Assembly (NCBI GenBank): GCA_964016885.1
Contig: OZ024754.1
Coordinates: forward strand, 14,446,001 to 14,510,000
DNA: 64,000 nucleotides
Source of the DNA: Eledone cirrhosa
Taxonomy: Eukaryota
Reading direction: 5' to 3'
This document shows positions 43,514-56,718 of the stretch, one piece after another. Numbering within the stretch: position 1 is the stretch's first letter; each line of letters begins with the position of its first letter. A program made the translations under genes and the position numbers. The notes beneath the pieces were generated by a model, which saw only the letters and a list, made by a program, of their open reading frames with translations, made no database searches and had not been told where the DNA came from.

Positions 43514-43913
43514 TTCTTTTCATTCGAAGAATATAAAATTCTTGAATTTAAATTACGAACTAGCGCTATCCAAAACTGTTCCCGAGATGAGAGTAAATAA
43601 AGTGGAATCAATTTTTTCAAGGGCCGAAGTAAAGATAGAGGCAGAGGGAGGTAGGTCAATCGGCTACCACTATCACTAGCAGCAGTCGGAGCGACCAAAT
43701 TTTTTCTCAACATAGAGGAGATAGTAATAATAGGATATGTGTTCCTACACGCACAAGGCGCTAAGGGACACTTGTATTGTCCAACCATATGCCAATGTGG
43801 TTCAATGGCAGGTTAATAAATTAACGAGCCAGAACATATATAATCAAGGTTTAGCAAATAATGAAACAGTTTCAAAATAAATTTTTAAAAATTGACTTTA
43901 CCTACTATAGTTA

Positions 43914-43995
43914 CCTTTACCGAATCGGTTTCGAATCTCAAAAATAAACGGAGACCATACGGCCTTCGTTGCAAAGAAAGATTCTCGTCAGAAAG
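43914..43995 (-). ncRNA. Type I hammerhead ribozyme (second copy)
   Basis: cttt CTGACGA gaatct..agattc GAAA ccgattcgg TA aagg. Confidence 0.85.
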
Positions 43996-44134
43996 TTCTT
44001 TTCATTCGAAGAATATAAAATTCTTGAATTTAAATTACGAACTAGCGCTATCCAAAACTGTTCCCGAGATGAGAGTATATATATATATAGTGACGAAACA
44101 TAAGTCAATTGCATGAACTCATAATCCTTTATTT

Positions 44135-44190
44135 ACTGCTATATATCTTTCGATGATAGCCATTGAATGGCTATGACCTCATCAGGCAGT
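44135..44190 (-). ncRNA. Minimal type I hammerhead ribozyme downstream of the GIY-YIG ORF
   Basis: actgc CTGATGA ggtcatagcca-ttcaa-tggctatcatc GAAA gatata TA gcagt. Confidence 0.85.
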
Positions 44191-45289
44191 TAGTCAGTCC
44201 TTAGATATGCCAGCTCTGTGTTTATAGTGTTGATGGTATCAGAGCCTTGGGACATATGAGCTTGTTAGGAATAAATTAATGTTGTCAACAGGAATAGTCT
44301 TGATTATCATTGGTCAGTTTGTAGATGCTAGTAGGGTTGGTATTTGACCTCAAAGAGGCAGGTGGTTTTGTAAAGTTCAAACCGTTAGGCAAGATGACAA
44401 TAGTTCCATATGACTGATTTTCACAAAAGGCATTCCTGGTCAGATATATATTCAATTGAGGTTAATAGTATGAATAGATACTACAGGTCATTCTTAAATT
44501 GAGGAATTTATGTGGAGTGGTGCTACTGAAATTATGGTTGGAGTAGAAAATTTACAAATAAAAAGACTTATGTAGTTTGGCTTGCACTACACTCACACCC
44601 ACCTCCATAGACGCACACACATCCACACATACAAAATGTGGGGTGGTAATACTTAAAATATTGGTTAGAGTCCAATACTTAGATAGTTTAGAAAATTTAG
44701 AAATAAAAGGTTTATGCTGGTTGACTTGTACATACACTCACACCTACCCTCTCAGACACTCACACATCTACACACACAAATCCATACAGGTGTGCATATA
44801 TATACACGTATGCATGTATGTACGCACAAGCATACACATATATATATATAAAATATATACATATATACACAGAACATACATATATATAAAATATATACAT
44901 ATAAAAATATAAAAAATATATATATACATAAAATACACACATACATAAAATATATACACACATAAACCATACATACATATATATATATAAAATACACGCA
45001 CATATACATATACATATAAAATATATACATACACATACATACATATATATATACATACACATATATACACATATAAAATATACATAAATATACACATGAT
45101 ACATACATATATATATAAAATCAGGTTCAATAAAACGTGGTTTAGATGTCTCCTAACCAGTAGAGGATCCGGTGGACCATCCACCATAGGGGCCACAAAC
45201 TATGGGTGGTGGTTGTTGTCCATTGGTCATTGGTACGGGGTGTAGGGGACCTACAGGGGGAGGGCGTTGTGGGAGGCTGTAACCGGGGT

Positions 45290-46270
45290 TTATCCATATA
45301 GCTTGAGGAAAGTTCCCGTCCTTAGGTGTCTGCAGGCACCGAATAAGTTGGCCCTTCTGTTTAATAGCTTGGTTCCGCCATGAAGAATCTCGAGTGTCTC
45401 ACTAAGACAGAGGTAGCAAATACCAGACCCGCCTCTGTCTGGGGGAACCTTTCTAACCACGGACCAGACCAGACAGTGCGGGGTCTTTTCAAGTTTGAGC
45501 TTCCAGATCAATTCAGAAATGGCCGTACATTTCCTCTTATCTATTCTGTTAAAGGAATGGCAATGGTTATACCACCGATCTTTGAAGCTCGTCGCTGTGG
45601 ATCCTATGTAGTGGTGCTCCGAGTTAGGGGTTGTGACCTTGCACCTGTAGACCACGTTTTTCGTCATGCATTCATTACTAAGGGGGCATAGTGATGGGTC
45701 TCTGCAATTACATGACTTCTTAAGCCCCACCACATGTACCGCGTGGTTACCATCACTCGGGGTTGGCTGAGTAGCCGCCGTAATCAGCACAGGGTCGTTG
45801 GGTTCCGGTGTGCTAGTTGGGTCTGTCCGGGTTCCGTTGCGTCCCGCGTGCTAGTTCTGTTGGGTGTCTCCGGGGTTTACGGTGGTATTAGAGGCAGTGA
45901 GCCTATTCCTATTTATGCCAGCTATGTGCTGGGCTACGGAGCGTGTGGTTGAGTAGGAAAGTTTCACCGTGTGCCTGTTGAATATTTTATGGTACTTGTG
46001 GGCCCTAGGGAAACATTTATCCAGTACTCTAAAGAATATTCTAGCCAGGCTGGTACGTAGACCCACCGAGTATGGAGGGTTATACCATGTGACCTTCCTG
46101 GTCCTATTCTTGCGGGGTTGTTGGGTGTCCGCCGTGGGCCATCGCGTGGTTGTGCACAGCTCAGGTCGAGCTCGGTTGGTGTCACTCGGGTGTGCGGAGC
46201 GGTCACTATCATGAGGGTTATATGGGCCCACTCTGGGGCTATAAACCTGCGAGGTGCGGCCTCCCTGCTC

Positions 46271-46272
<2 letters not shown>
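45290..46272 (-). pseudogene. Penelope-like retroelement C-terminal linker plus GIY-YIG endonuclease, 5'-truncated
   Basis: [24 protein letters not shown], then in the same frame after one TAG (45851-45853) CNCR..CPL..C..VVY..YIGST..FKDRWYNH..CYLCLSE..LLNRR..CRH; 5' end abuts (TA)n. Confidence 0.88.
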
Positions 46273-46339
<67 letters not shown>

Positions 46340-46390
46340 CAAATAGTATTTGTTTTTATATATATCAGCTCGTGTGTTACCTTTCTACAT

Positions 46391-46440
<50 letters not shown>

Positions 46441-46729
46441 TACTGTCAACACTGGAATTGAAATATCAAGACCGTAGAGGTATGTCATATATCTATATCA
46501 AATAATATATTTTATATGACGAGGACGTAGTGGGAAAAAAACAACACAGTACCTTCGAAATATATATAATAAAGCTTATATTTTGATTATGTGAATATCT
46601 TCATTTGTTAATAATATTTTGAAAAATATATATATATATATATATTCCCCTCCCCTTCCACTCTCAAGAGCGTGAAACTAATAAACCTTTGTTCGTACTG
46701 CCTCTCTGTTTTGTTCCCGTTCCATTTTT

Positions 46730-46821
<92 letters not shown>

Positions 46822-46856
46822 ATATATATATATATATATTAAAATAACAGATTAAA

Positions 46857-46905
46857 GTTTATGCAAAAAATCGCTGCTTTCACCCTTAACGGGATCTTCT
46901 GAAAC
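46857..46905 (-). ncRNA. Hammerhead variant (core CAGAAGA) in palindrome 46840-46968
   Basis: Same family as 27659-27707. Confidence 0.6.
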
Positions 46906-47324
46906 TCAAAAGATCCCGTTAAGGGTGAAAGCAGCGATTCTTTGCTTCAACTTTAATCTGTTATTTTAATAAATATTTGCTCTACGGTTCTTATATATTT
47001 GATATATATTTATCCTTATCGAGCCCTCTTTGGATTTTAGTCTTCACATTTATTATTATTACTCAGTAATGCACTGGGTAATTGCTGGCCTTGTGCCTAA
47101 CGTAGAAACAATTATTACTATATATAATATGTATATATATATATGTGTGTGTGTGTGTATATATATATAATAATAAAATGTAGTTTGCTTGAAGCATTGT
47201 ATATATAACGTTGAAAAAGATAGAAGGCTAAACAAAACAAAATGGACTGCAAGATAAGGTAACGAGAAGTAAGTTACCTGGTAATCTTTGTTTTGTTTTT
47301 TGTTGTTGTATATGTATATATACA

Positions 47325-47577
47325 AGGCGGGTTAAATTACCGAGATCTATAGACGAGTCCTCTCCAGCGGTCTCTGACCTTCATCATCATAGCTATGTCT
47401 CGCATCTCCGAGAGACCAGTGTCTGTCCTTAGGGCATCAATATATGTTACCCTCGGTCTCTCTCTTCCAGTGTGTCTGTTTAGCGGCTCCCACAGGACCA
47501 TTTAGTCCAGTGTCAACTCTGAATGTCGGTGGGCATGTCCAGCTAACCTCAGTCTCCTCTGTGTAACTTTCGAGCTA
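47325..47577 (-). mobile_element. RTE-clade LINE 3' end
   Basis: SSKVTQRRLRLAGHAHRH..LWEP..RPRVTYIDALRTDTG..RDRWR; homologous to 56190-56428. Confidence 0.85.
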
Positions 47578-48104
47578 AAAAGATCTCAGATGCTGAATTT
47601 TTGCTGATGACATAGTTCTGATGACAAACACAGCGAATGAGGCAGAGGAGTTGATGTGAGAGGTGGAGACTGTGTCTATGCGTGTGGGGCTGAGAATGAA
47701 TGAGAGTAAGACGAAGTATCTGGTGGGGAACATGAAGGAGCCAGAGAAGATTATGAATGTCGACTGGAAGGTGCTAGAGCTGGTTGAGGACTTCCTGTAT
47801 CTGGGAGCAAAAATTGGGAACACAGAGGATGATGTGGCGGAGAGGAAGAGCAAAGCCTGGGTGGCGTGTCAAAGTTTGAGGTCGGTGTGGAAGTCCGACC
47901 TTCGTAAAGACCTGAAGATCCGTCTCTTCGTTGCTACAGTGGTGTCTATGCTGCTGTACGGGTCTAAGACTGGGACACTGACCAAGAAACTCACTCAGAT
48001 GGTGGATGGGTGTTACACGAGAATGCTGAGGATGGCTCTGAACATTAATCAGTATACAGTGAGGATGAAGAACTCAGAGCTGTACAGGAGCCTCCCAAAA
48101 GTTA
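47578..48104 (+). pseudogene. RTE-clade LINE reverse transcriptase fragment (inverted segment)
   Basis: FADD motif near 47600, GLRMNESKTKYL, VEDFLYLG, KIRLFVATVVSMLLYGS, YTRMLRMAL, ELYRSLPKV. Confidence 0.9.
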
Positions 48105-48134
48105 CACACGCACACACACACTGGCAGACACACA

Positions 48135-48220
<86 letters not shown>

Positions 48221-48236
48221 TACATACATACATACA

Positions 48237-48289
<53 letters not shown>

Positions 48290-48292
48290 ACA

Positions 48293-48457
48293 TCTGTAAT
48301 TGCGAGTCCCTGAGTGTGTTTTTGTGTTACCGTAAGTGTACATTTATTAATTGAAGAATTTCATAAATTTATATAATTTACATTAAACACCCAAACACTT
48401 TTTAAAAATCTATTTCTACATATTCAGCATCCAGGCAACGCTGGGTGCTTCTGCTAG
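48293..48457 (+). mobile_element. Short Helitron-like element or 3' end
   Basis: ccaggcaacgctggg hairpin plus CTAG|T, same as 11010-11037; possible A|TC start. Confidence 0.55.
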
Positions 48458-48890
48458 TTCGTGGATATTAATTGCAAATTATTCATTAGTATATAAATGA
48501 TCACTTTTTCTATATCCCAATTCAAAGATTATTCTTTCAAACGATTTCCTCATATCGTCTTTCACCCATTTCCGTTTCCATCTAATAGTTCGTTCTTCCT
48601 TTTCCTTTTCTTTAAAAATCCTTTAAAACTTTTAGCTCTATCTCTCGCCCCCAGCCCTCTCCCCGTCTCTCTATTTCTCTTTCTTTCTGTTATTTTCTTC
48701 CTTTCAGTTTTCGAATATTCAATAAGACACACTCCGGCAACTGTCCTCACTTTTTGTGTCCCTTGTGTGTCTCGACCGACGGAAACGAGCAGAGGCTATA
48801 CATCTGGCAATAAAGCCCTTTCTTTTCATGGATTTGCTACACACACACACACACACACACACATACACACACACAAATTCACATGCATTG

Positions 48891-48930
<40 letters not shown>

Positions 48931-49311
48931 ATTACCAAATACGTGTTTACATTAAATATTGTTTATTATAATAAATTAGTCTTTTGAGGTGTTTTAACTC
49001 TCGACCAACCTCCTTCCAACTTTTATATTGTTTTTGTAAAAAATGATATAAATGATATATATTTCATATATATATATATATATATAATATACATATATAT
49101 ATATATATATATATGCAAATTTCCTACCAAGGCAGCCTCCTAATTTAATGGTCGCTTATATTATGGTACGTCAAAATTATTTATAAAACTGTTTATATAT
49201 TGTATTTTATCTTACGAAGGCATGCCATATTTTTAATATGGTATTCCTGAAATATGTATAATGAAATAAATATGGTTTTATAAATATAGTTTCCATTTGT
49301 TTAATATCGTG

Positions 49312-49421
<110 letters not shown>

Positions 49422-49848
49422 GTTAAAAGAATAGAGGTGTAACACACAAGTTATTATATATTGGTAAACGGAATAGAAAATGCTGACAAATTGTTCACAG
49501 TTGAAAAATGGTTTAATTAGGAATAAAAGAGTATTAGTGATTGTATGGGTTAGTATTCAGTTGTGGTTTTAAGTTTTTAAGTTTTTACCGGTTGCGCATT
49601 TCTAAATGCTTTTCAAAAATAATTTTGAGATAGAGTGTCCGTGCTGTTTGCTCTGATCAGAGCAAATAGCACGGACACTCTATCTCAAAATTATTTTTGA
49701 AAAGCATTTAGAAATGCGCAACCGGTAAAAACTTAAAAACTTAAAACCACAACTGAATACTAACCCATACAATCACTAATACTCTTTTATTCCTAATTAA
49801 ACCATTTTTCAACTGTGAACAATTTGTCAGCATTTTCTATTCCGTTTA

Positions 49849-49852
<4 letters not shown>
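49422..49852. mobile_element. Palindromic insertion in (TA)n with no recognisable hammerhead
   Basis: ~195-bp near-perfect inverted arms centred on ctctgatcagag (~49651-49662); the left arm is ~40 bp longer. Confidence 0.75.
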
Positions 49853-49897
<45 letters not shown>

Positions 49898-49917
49898 CGA
49901 GAGAGAGTGTGAGTGAT

Positions 49918-50000
<83 letters not shown>

Positions 50001-50629
50001 ATTCGTAACTCATTGCCTATTTGTAGTCATGAAGTCTAAACGCTTTAGGTGGCAGGAAACGTAAAAGCTTTTTTCTGATGGTCATTTCCCAAAAGCATTC
50101 ATTAAGCCATAGAAATTCAAAGGGTTACAAATAAGAATAGATTTATAAAAAGAAATCTTAAGATCTAGTTCCTGTATTTGTTGTTGCTCTTTAGCCCCAA
50201 GAAAATCCACGATTAAAGGTCTTCATGTCAAGGTTGTCCCATTTTGTTCATAGACATCAATCAATGCATGACATTGACATTAGTCAATGTATCGATAAAG
50301 CAACAGAATGTTCTTTGGTGAGAATATTCCGCTGCTATTTCTAGCCAATCTAGAAGCTTGGCTTTCGTGACAATTGAATGTAGAATATAAAGGGGATGAA
50401 ACTAATAATAATATTAATAATAAACTTCCGGCCAGCATGGTATAGCAAGCGACACCGGACACTGGAATAGTTCCTTTATTTTCCTCGGAAGAAGAGATAT
50501 TAACCTAGAAATATCAGGACATACAAATAAATTAAGGTAGAAGAACAACCCCTGTTTCTTACGATTTAATTATTTTCCGTCCAGACCCGCATTGTCGTGG
50601 TTTTCAAACTTCGAATTCTTTATAATAAT

Positions 50630-50817
50630 AATTGTTTCTACTTTAGGCACAAGGCCAGCAAATTACCCAGTACATTACTGGTACTTTATTTTATCGACTC
50701 CGTAAGGATGAAAGGCAAAGTTAACCTCGGCGTGATTTGAACTCAGACCGTAAAGGGACGTAACTATGCTGGAAAGCATGGCGTCCGACTCTCTACCGAT
50801 ACTGCCAATCCACCACC
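50630..50817 (-). mobile_element. SINE family A with apparent target-site duplication
   Basis: Full copy flanked by attctttataataataat on both sides. Confidence 0.88.
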
Positions 50818-52474
50818 CATTCTTTATAATAATAATAATATTCAAATAATAAGGATAATATTTTAGAATGATCCCTGGTTTAACAACTCTGCAAGAAGCG
50901 CGAAAAATTGTTTTAACTGATACGGCAGACGTATCGAGAAGAGTTCTAACGCTGTGGGAAAAATAATCATCTATGTAATTACTTTTACATTACTTTATTT
51001 GATTATATTCTATAATTATGTAAGTTGTAAATAATTGAGCACTCTTATATGATTGAATATAATTATGTTGTAAATATTGTTTTAAAAAGATAATGTATGT
51101 ATGTATCTATAAAGCAAATGATATACTTGTAATTGTACAAAGTAATTGATATGAACAATCTGGTGTGTATATTTTTGTGGCTTATCAACGTATGCAGTGA
51201 GGTTTTCTAATTTAGGTGCCGAGAGACACACGGCAAGAAATGGAAACAAAACTGAGGAAGAGGAAAAACACTAACAATAGCAGTGATAAATACAATACAT
51301 TTCTTAGTGATGATACAACAAAAATAAATTTGATATTTTCTTTATGATTTTGACATTTCCTGACGATGATGGAAAAAACATTATTTTTTTTTATTTGAAC
51401 TGTTATTGAAATAAAACTCCTGGAAGAAGTCGAAATTTTATAACTTTATGGAAACTTTATAACTACATGGAAAATTCATCAAAAGATATATGATAGAAAT
51501 GATATTCGTTTCAGACACTGTAAACTCACCAGTACCAAAAGAAATTAATAAATAACGAAATATGTGTAAAGTACCATATGTTCTTATCTCCCGCTTTCAT
51601 CTAACTCTTCTTCCTTGGAAACTATTTAAAGCATATCACGTGAATAACTTCTATATTTTCCAACCTTTATGTTGACTAAATATTATACCGCTGTTGAAGT
51701 AATATTGGCAGTTGCCATGGAATGGGATGCTTGCAATTCCTGGCACTACAACCATGCAGACACACACACATATACATACACGCATATATATATACACACA
51801 TACACACACATATACATACACGCATATATATATACACACATACACACATACGTACACACAAATACATACACACATACACACATACCCACACACATACACA
51901 AGCACACACGCGCACACACACGCATGCACACGCACATACACACGCATGCACACACACACACATACACGCATACGGACACATACATATACATACACGCATA
52001 TATATATACACACATACACACACATATACATACACGCATATATATATACACACATACACACATACGTACACACAAATACATACACACATACACACATACC
52101 CACACACATACACAAGCACACACACGCACACACACGCATGCACACGCACATACACACGCATGCACACACACACAAACATACACGCATACGGACACATACA
52201 TATGCATACATGCATGCACACGCACGCACATACATACACACATACACACATACACACACTAACTGACACATACACACATACACACATAAACAGACATATG
52301 CACGCACACACACAGAAATACCAGCAAACGTATGTTGACATACATGTATATATACGTAGGCAGGCAGACATTCACACACACACACACCTGTATATACAGA
52401 TACTTGCGTACATATACACATGTTCGAGCCGGTACAATTATCTATAAACCGTCTCACACATATATATATCTATA

Positions 52475-52838
52475 TATTCACTTTGGAAGAAGAATCAGGA
52501 TGGAGAGAGAGGTGCTGTACCGCAGCAAGTTTTATGAAAGGTGGGTGAAAGTGGCGAGAATGGCCCGAGTGAATGGGCCTTCTCTCTATATCAGCCTGTA
52601 GATTGAGGAAAAGGAGGAGGAGAGGAAAGGAGTACAAGCTCTTCGTACTCCTGGAGATGAGGGTTGCACATTTTTTCGGGGGTATGTGTTACCCATATAA
52701 ACTGTCTCCCTCTATTGGGGAAAATCGACTAACTTTTAAATTCCATTTGTGATAACATTTTACACGTTTTTATTGTATGTAAACTTCCCCCTTTGTATTT
52801 GTCCCCTTCTTTTGTGCCCCTGTGGCTAATAAAGAAAT
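52475..52838 (+). mobile_element. Probable LINE (L1/Tx1-like) 3' end
   Basis: Short coding-like stretch RRIRMEREVL..FYERWVKVARM, T-rich UTR and aataaag before (TA)n; related tail inverted at ~21873-21925. Confidence 0.45.
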
Positions 52839-53957
52839 ATATATATTATAATATATATATTATGGAATACTGTTGGCTTTTTGCTACAATGTTTTCTATA
52901 CCTTTCATTTATATATCTATATGTATATATATGTATATATGTGTATGTGTGTGTGTGTGTGTGTGTATGTGTTTCTGTGTGTGTGTGTATGTGGGTGAGT
53001 GCGTGTGTGTATTTCTGTGTGCGTGTATGTGCGTGGGTTTCTCTGTGTGTGTGTGTATGTGCGTGTGTGTGTGTGTGTGTGCGTGAGTGTGTGTGTATGT
53101 GTGTGAGTGTGTGTGTGTGTGTGTGTGTTTCTGTGCGTGTGTGTGTGTGTGTGTGTTTCTGTGTGTGTGTGTGTCTGTGTGTATGTGTGTTTCTGCGTGT
53201 ATGTGTGTGTGTGTGTATGTGTGTGTGTTTCTGTGCGTGTGTTCTGTGTGTGTGTGTGTGTGTTTCTGTGTGTATGTGTATGAGTGTGTGTTTCTGCGTG
53301 TATGTGTGTGAGTGTGTGTGTGTTTCTGTGTATGAGTGTGTGTGTGTTTCTCTGTGTGTGTGCGTGTGTTTCTGTGTGTGTGTGTGTGTGTATGTGTGTG
53401 AGTCTGTGTGTGTTTCTGTGTGTGTGTGTGTGTGTATGTGTGTGAGTTTGTGTGTGTGTGTGTGTGTGTGTTTCTGTGTGTGAATGTGTATGTGTGCGTG
53501 TGTGTGCATGGTCTCATAACTCCTGATAGAGTCGTAGGAACGCTGTACTGACATACGGCGTTTCTTGGGCATTTTAAGCTTGGTGGAGCGCCTCCCTCTC
53601 CAGGCCTAGGTACAGTTGATTCCTTCTAGAGAAAGATAGAGAGTGAGAGAGAGGACATAAGAAAGAGATATAGAGGAAGAATTGACCCCAGTACTAGACT
53701 GGTCCTTTCTTTTATCAATCTCGAAAAGATGGAGGGCAAAGTCGACCTCGGTGGGATCAACCTGATTAGTTCTATCGTTACTTTGGTATGTATTGTGCGT
53801 TAGTTTCGCCTACCACGATGTTCGATTTGTCAAGCTATTTAAACGTCTGTTATTACTCTAAGGTCCTATCTTATCGAGTGCTTTGCTAACTCATCATTTC
53901 ATATAAGTAGGCCGAATTTACTTGCAAACCGCCAGAGATTCCATTTTACTGATTTCC

Positions 53958-54210
<253 letters not shown>

Positions 54211-54563
54211 ACAAAAAAATCAGGTGGACCATAACGCACCAGAGTACTCGATACTTAGGGTAGTAGAGTGGGTAATAGGAAAAGTGTGAAGGCCCCGACG
54301 GCTGAGCCTCGGCCGTTTCAACAGCTAGATCCGAACGCAGCTAGTTGGGATCTAGCTGTCGAAACAGCCGGAGTTCAGCCGTCGGGGTCCTGACTCTTTT
54401 CCTATATATATATATATATATATATATCGTTTCTGAATTTGTTTAGCAAGATTCTTTATCTGAAATCGTGTGTTGAAACCGATATTGTTATACTTTGGCA
54501 ACATGACCCTCCCAAAGTATAACAATATATATATATATATATATATAGTTTTAATATAGATGA

Positions 54564-54657
54564 GATTCTACAGGACTAGAACTGTTTCATTCATTAGAAA
54601 TCATCAGGAATCTCTGATGATTTCTAATGAATGAAACAGTTCTAGTCCTGTAGAATC
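54564..54657. ncRNA. Head-to-head pair of type I hammerheads
   Basis: 54564-54612 (-) complete; 54614-54657 (+) from CTGATGA to TA gaatc. Confidence 0.75.
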
Positions 54658-54740
54658 TCATCTATATTAAAACTGTTATACTCTGCTATGTATTGAGTAC
54701 CTTACTTACTGTGGTTACCTCCGATTCAACCCGGAATAAC

Positions 54741-54794
<54 letters not shown>

Positions 54795-54936
54795 TTTGAG
54801 TATATGTTGTTTGTTTACCGACACCTAAGTATGCAGAATGGAGCACTCGAGGTGGTGCGCAGGTTCGTTTGGTTACTCCGGAGTAATGTAAAATAAAATA
54901 AATAAGTCAAATATTTAAAATTTTGCTTCCTTTATT

Positions 54937-54991
54937 ACTGCTATATATATTTCGGTGACAGCCATCTTTGGCTGTGACCTATTCAGGCAGT
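54937..54991 (-). ncRNA. Hammerhead motif (core CTGAATA, mutated), left arm of palindrome 54893-55320
   Basis: actgc CTGAATA ggtcacagcca-aaga-tggctgtcacc GAAA tatata TA gcagt. Confidence 0.7.
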
Positions 54992-55220
54992 CCGAATTGG
55001 TGTGGTAGAGACGGCTACACATGTTGTTGAGGTGTTTAACTTTGTCAATACTCCGATATGCCCAGTTCCAGGTTGGGTTGTTATTTCTCTGAGGAACTGG
55101 AATCCTATGATTCCAGTTCCTCAGAGATTCCAGTTCCTCATATGATTCCAGTTCCTCGGAGTATTGACGAAGTTAAACACCTCAACAACATGTGTAGCCG
55201 TCTCTACCACACCAATTCGG

Positions 55221-55276
55221 ACTGCCTGAAGAGGTCACAGACCAAAAAGGGGTGTCACCGAAATATATATAGCAGT
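55221..55276 (+). ncRNA. Minimal type I hammerhead ribozyme
   Basis: actgc CTGAAGA ggtcacagacc..gggtgtcacc GAAA tatata TA gcagt. Confidence 0.8.
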
Positions 55277-55317
55277 AATAAACGAAGCCAAGTTTTAAAT
55301 ATTTGACTTATTTATTT

Positions 55318-55393
<76 letters not shown>

Positions 55394-55480
55394 GTATGTA
55401 TGTATATATATTTATATATGTATATATATGTATGTATGTATATATATTTATATATGTATATATATATATATGTATATATG

Positions 55481-55572
<92 letters not shown>

Positions 55573-56169
55573 TAAAGTTAGTCCTTCATCAGTGATCTTC
55601 CAACCATCATTGGTATTTCATCGCTTTAAAGACCATATACCTCCGGTTGGTGCGAGCAACGGCTAAAGAAAGTCGTTGGGACACGTAAATAAGGGGAACG
55701 AGCGAGAATGTAAACAAACAAAGATGGTAAAGCAACGAAAAGTGAGGAAGAAAGAGTCAAGTCCCAGATTTAAGTTCGGTGAAATCGTGAACGAGAGAGA
55801 ATAAAGACCATCAAACCTAGTCGAAAGGTGAGCCAGGAAGGAATTCCGCACATATATATATATATATATAAAAGAAAATTTCACTCTACATGACTGAATA
55901 TAATAAATGTAATCTGAGTTTTTCGCATGCCAACACAAGAGCAAGAATGAAGTGTTCATTCTACTGACATGGCTATAAAATTGAGTCTTGTTTGCATAAT
56001 TGCAAACGAATCGAATGTTATTATTAATATTCGAAAAACTCAGATTACATTTATTATATATATATATACGGCGATGAATTTGTTTTGCAATGTTTTTCAT
56101 ATGAAATCGTGTGGAAACATATATTGTTACATTTGGAGAGGGTCGAGTTGTTATAATATTGCCAGAAAT

Positions 56170-56428
56170 ATAATATTCTATTCTCTATTCTAAGGCGGAT
56201 AAAATTCCCGAGATCCATGGATGAGTTCTCTCCAGCGGTCTCTGTCCCTCATTATCGATGCCATGTCCTGCGTCTCCAACAGACCAGTGTCTGTTCTTAG
56301 GGCATCAACATATGTTAACCTTGGTCTTCCTCTTCTAGTGTGTCCATGTAGGGGCTCCCAAAGGAGCACTGAGTGCAATGTCAACCCTGGATGTCGGTGA
56401 GCATGTCCAGCTAACCTCAGTCTCCTCT
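56170..56428 (-). mobile_element. RTE-clade LINE 3' end with (GAATA)-like tail
   Basis: RRLRLAGHAHRH..LLWEPLHGHTRRGRPRLTYVDALRTDTG..DRDRWR, stop, then agaatagagaatagaata. Confidence 0.85.
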
Positions 56429-56539
56429 ATAATATACTGTAGTGAAAACCAAGCCCAACAGTGAGTGTGTTTTACTATTTGTCTTGAAACATCGTCATTA
56501 TTTTGGTTGTGAAGAGGGCGGTGAAGAGGGCGGTGAAGA

Positions 56540-56718
56540 GGGCGGTGAATTGGCAGTTATGGTCCTTTACGGTCTGAGTTCAAATCCCGCCGAGGTTAGC
56601 TTGGTCTTACATCCTTCTGGAGTCGATAAAATAAAGCACCAGTAATGAACTGGGGTCGATTTAATCGACTTTCTCCTCCCTTTCAAATTGCTGGCCTTGT
56701 GTCTAAAGTAGAAACAAT
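56540..56718 (+). mobile_element. SINE family A, internally deleted
   Basis: ggcggtgaattggcag head, B box and central domain. Confidence 0.75.
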
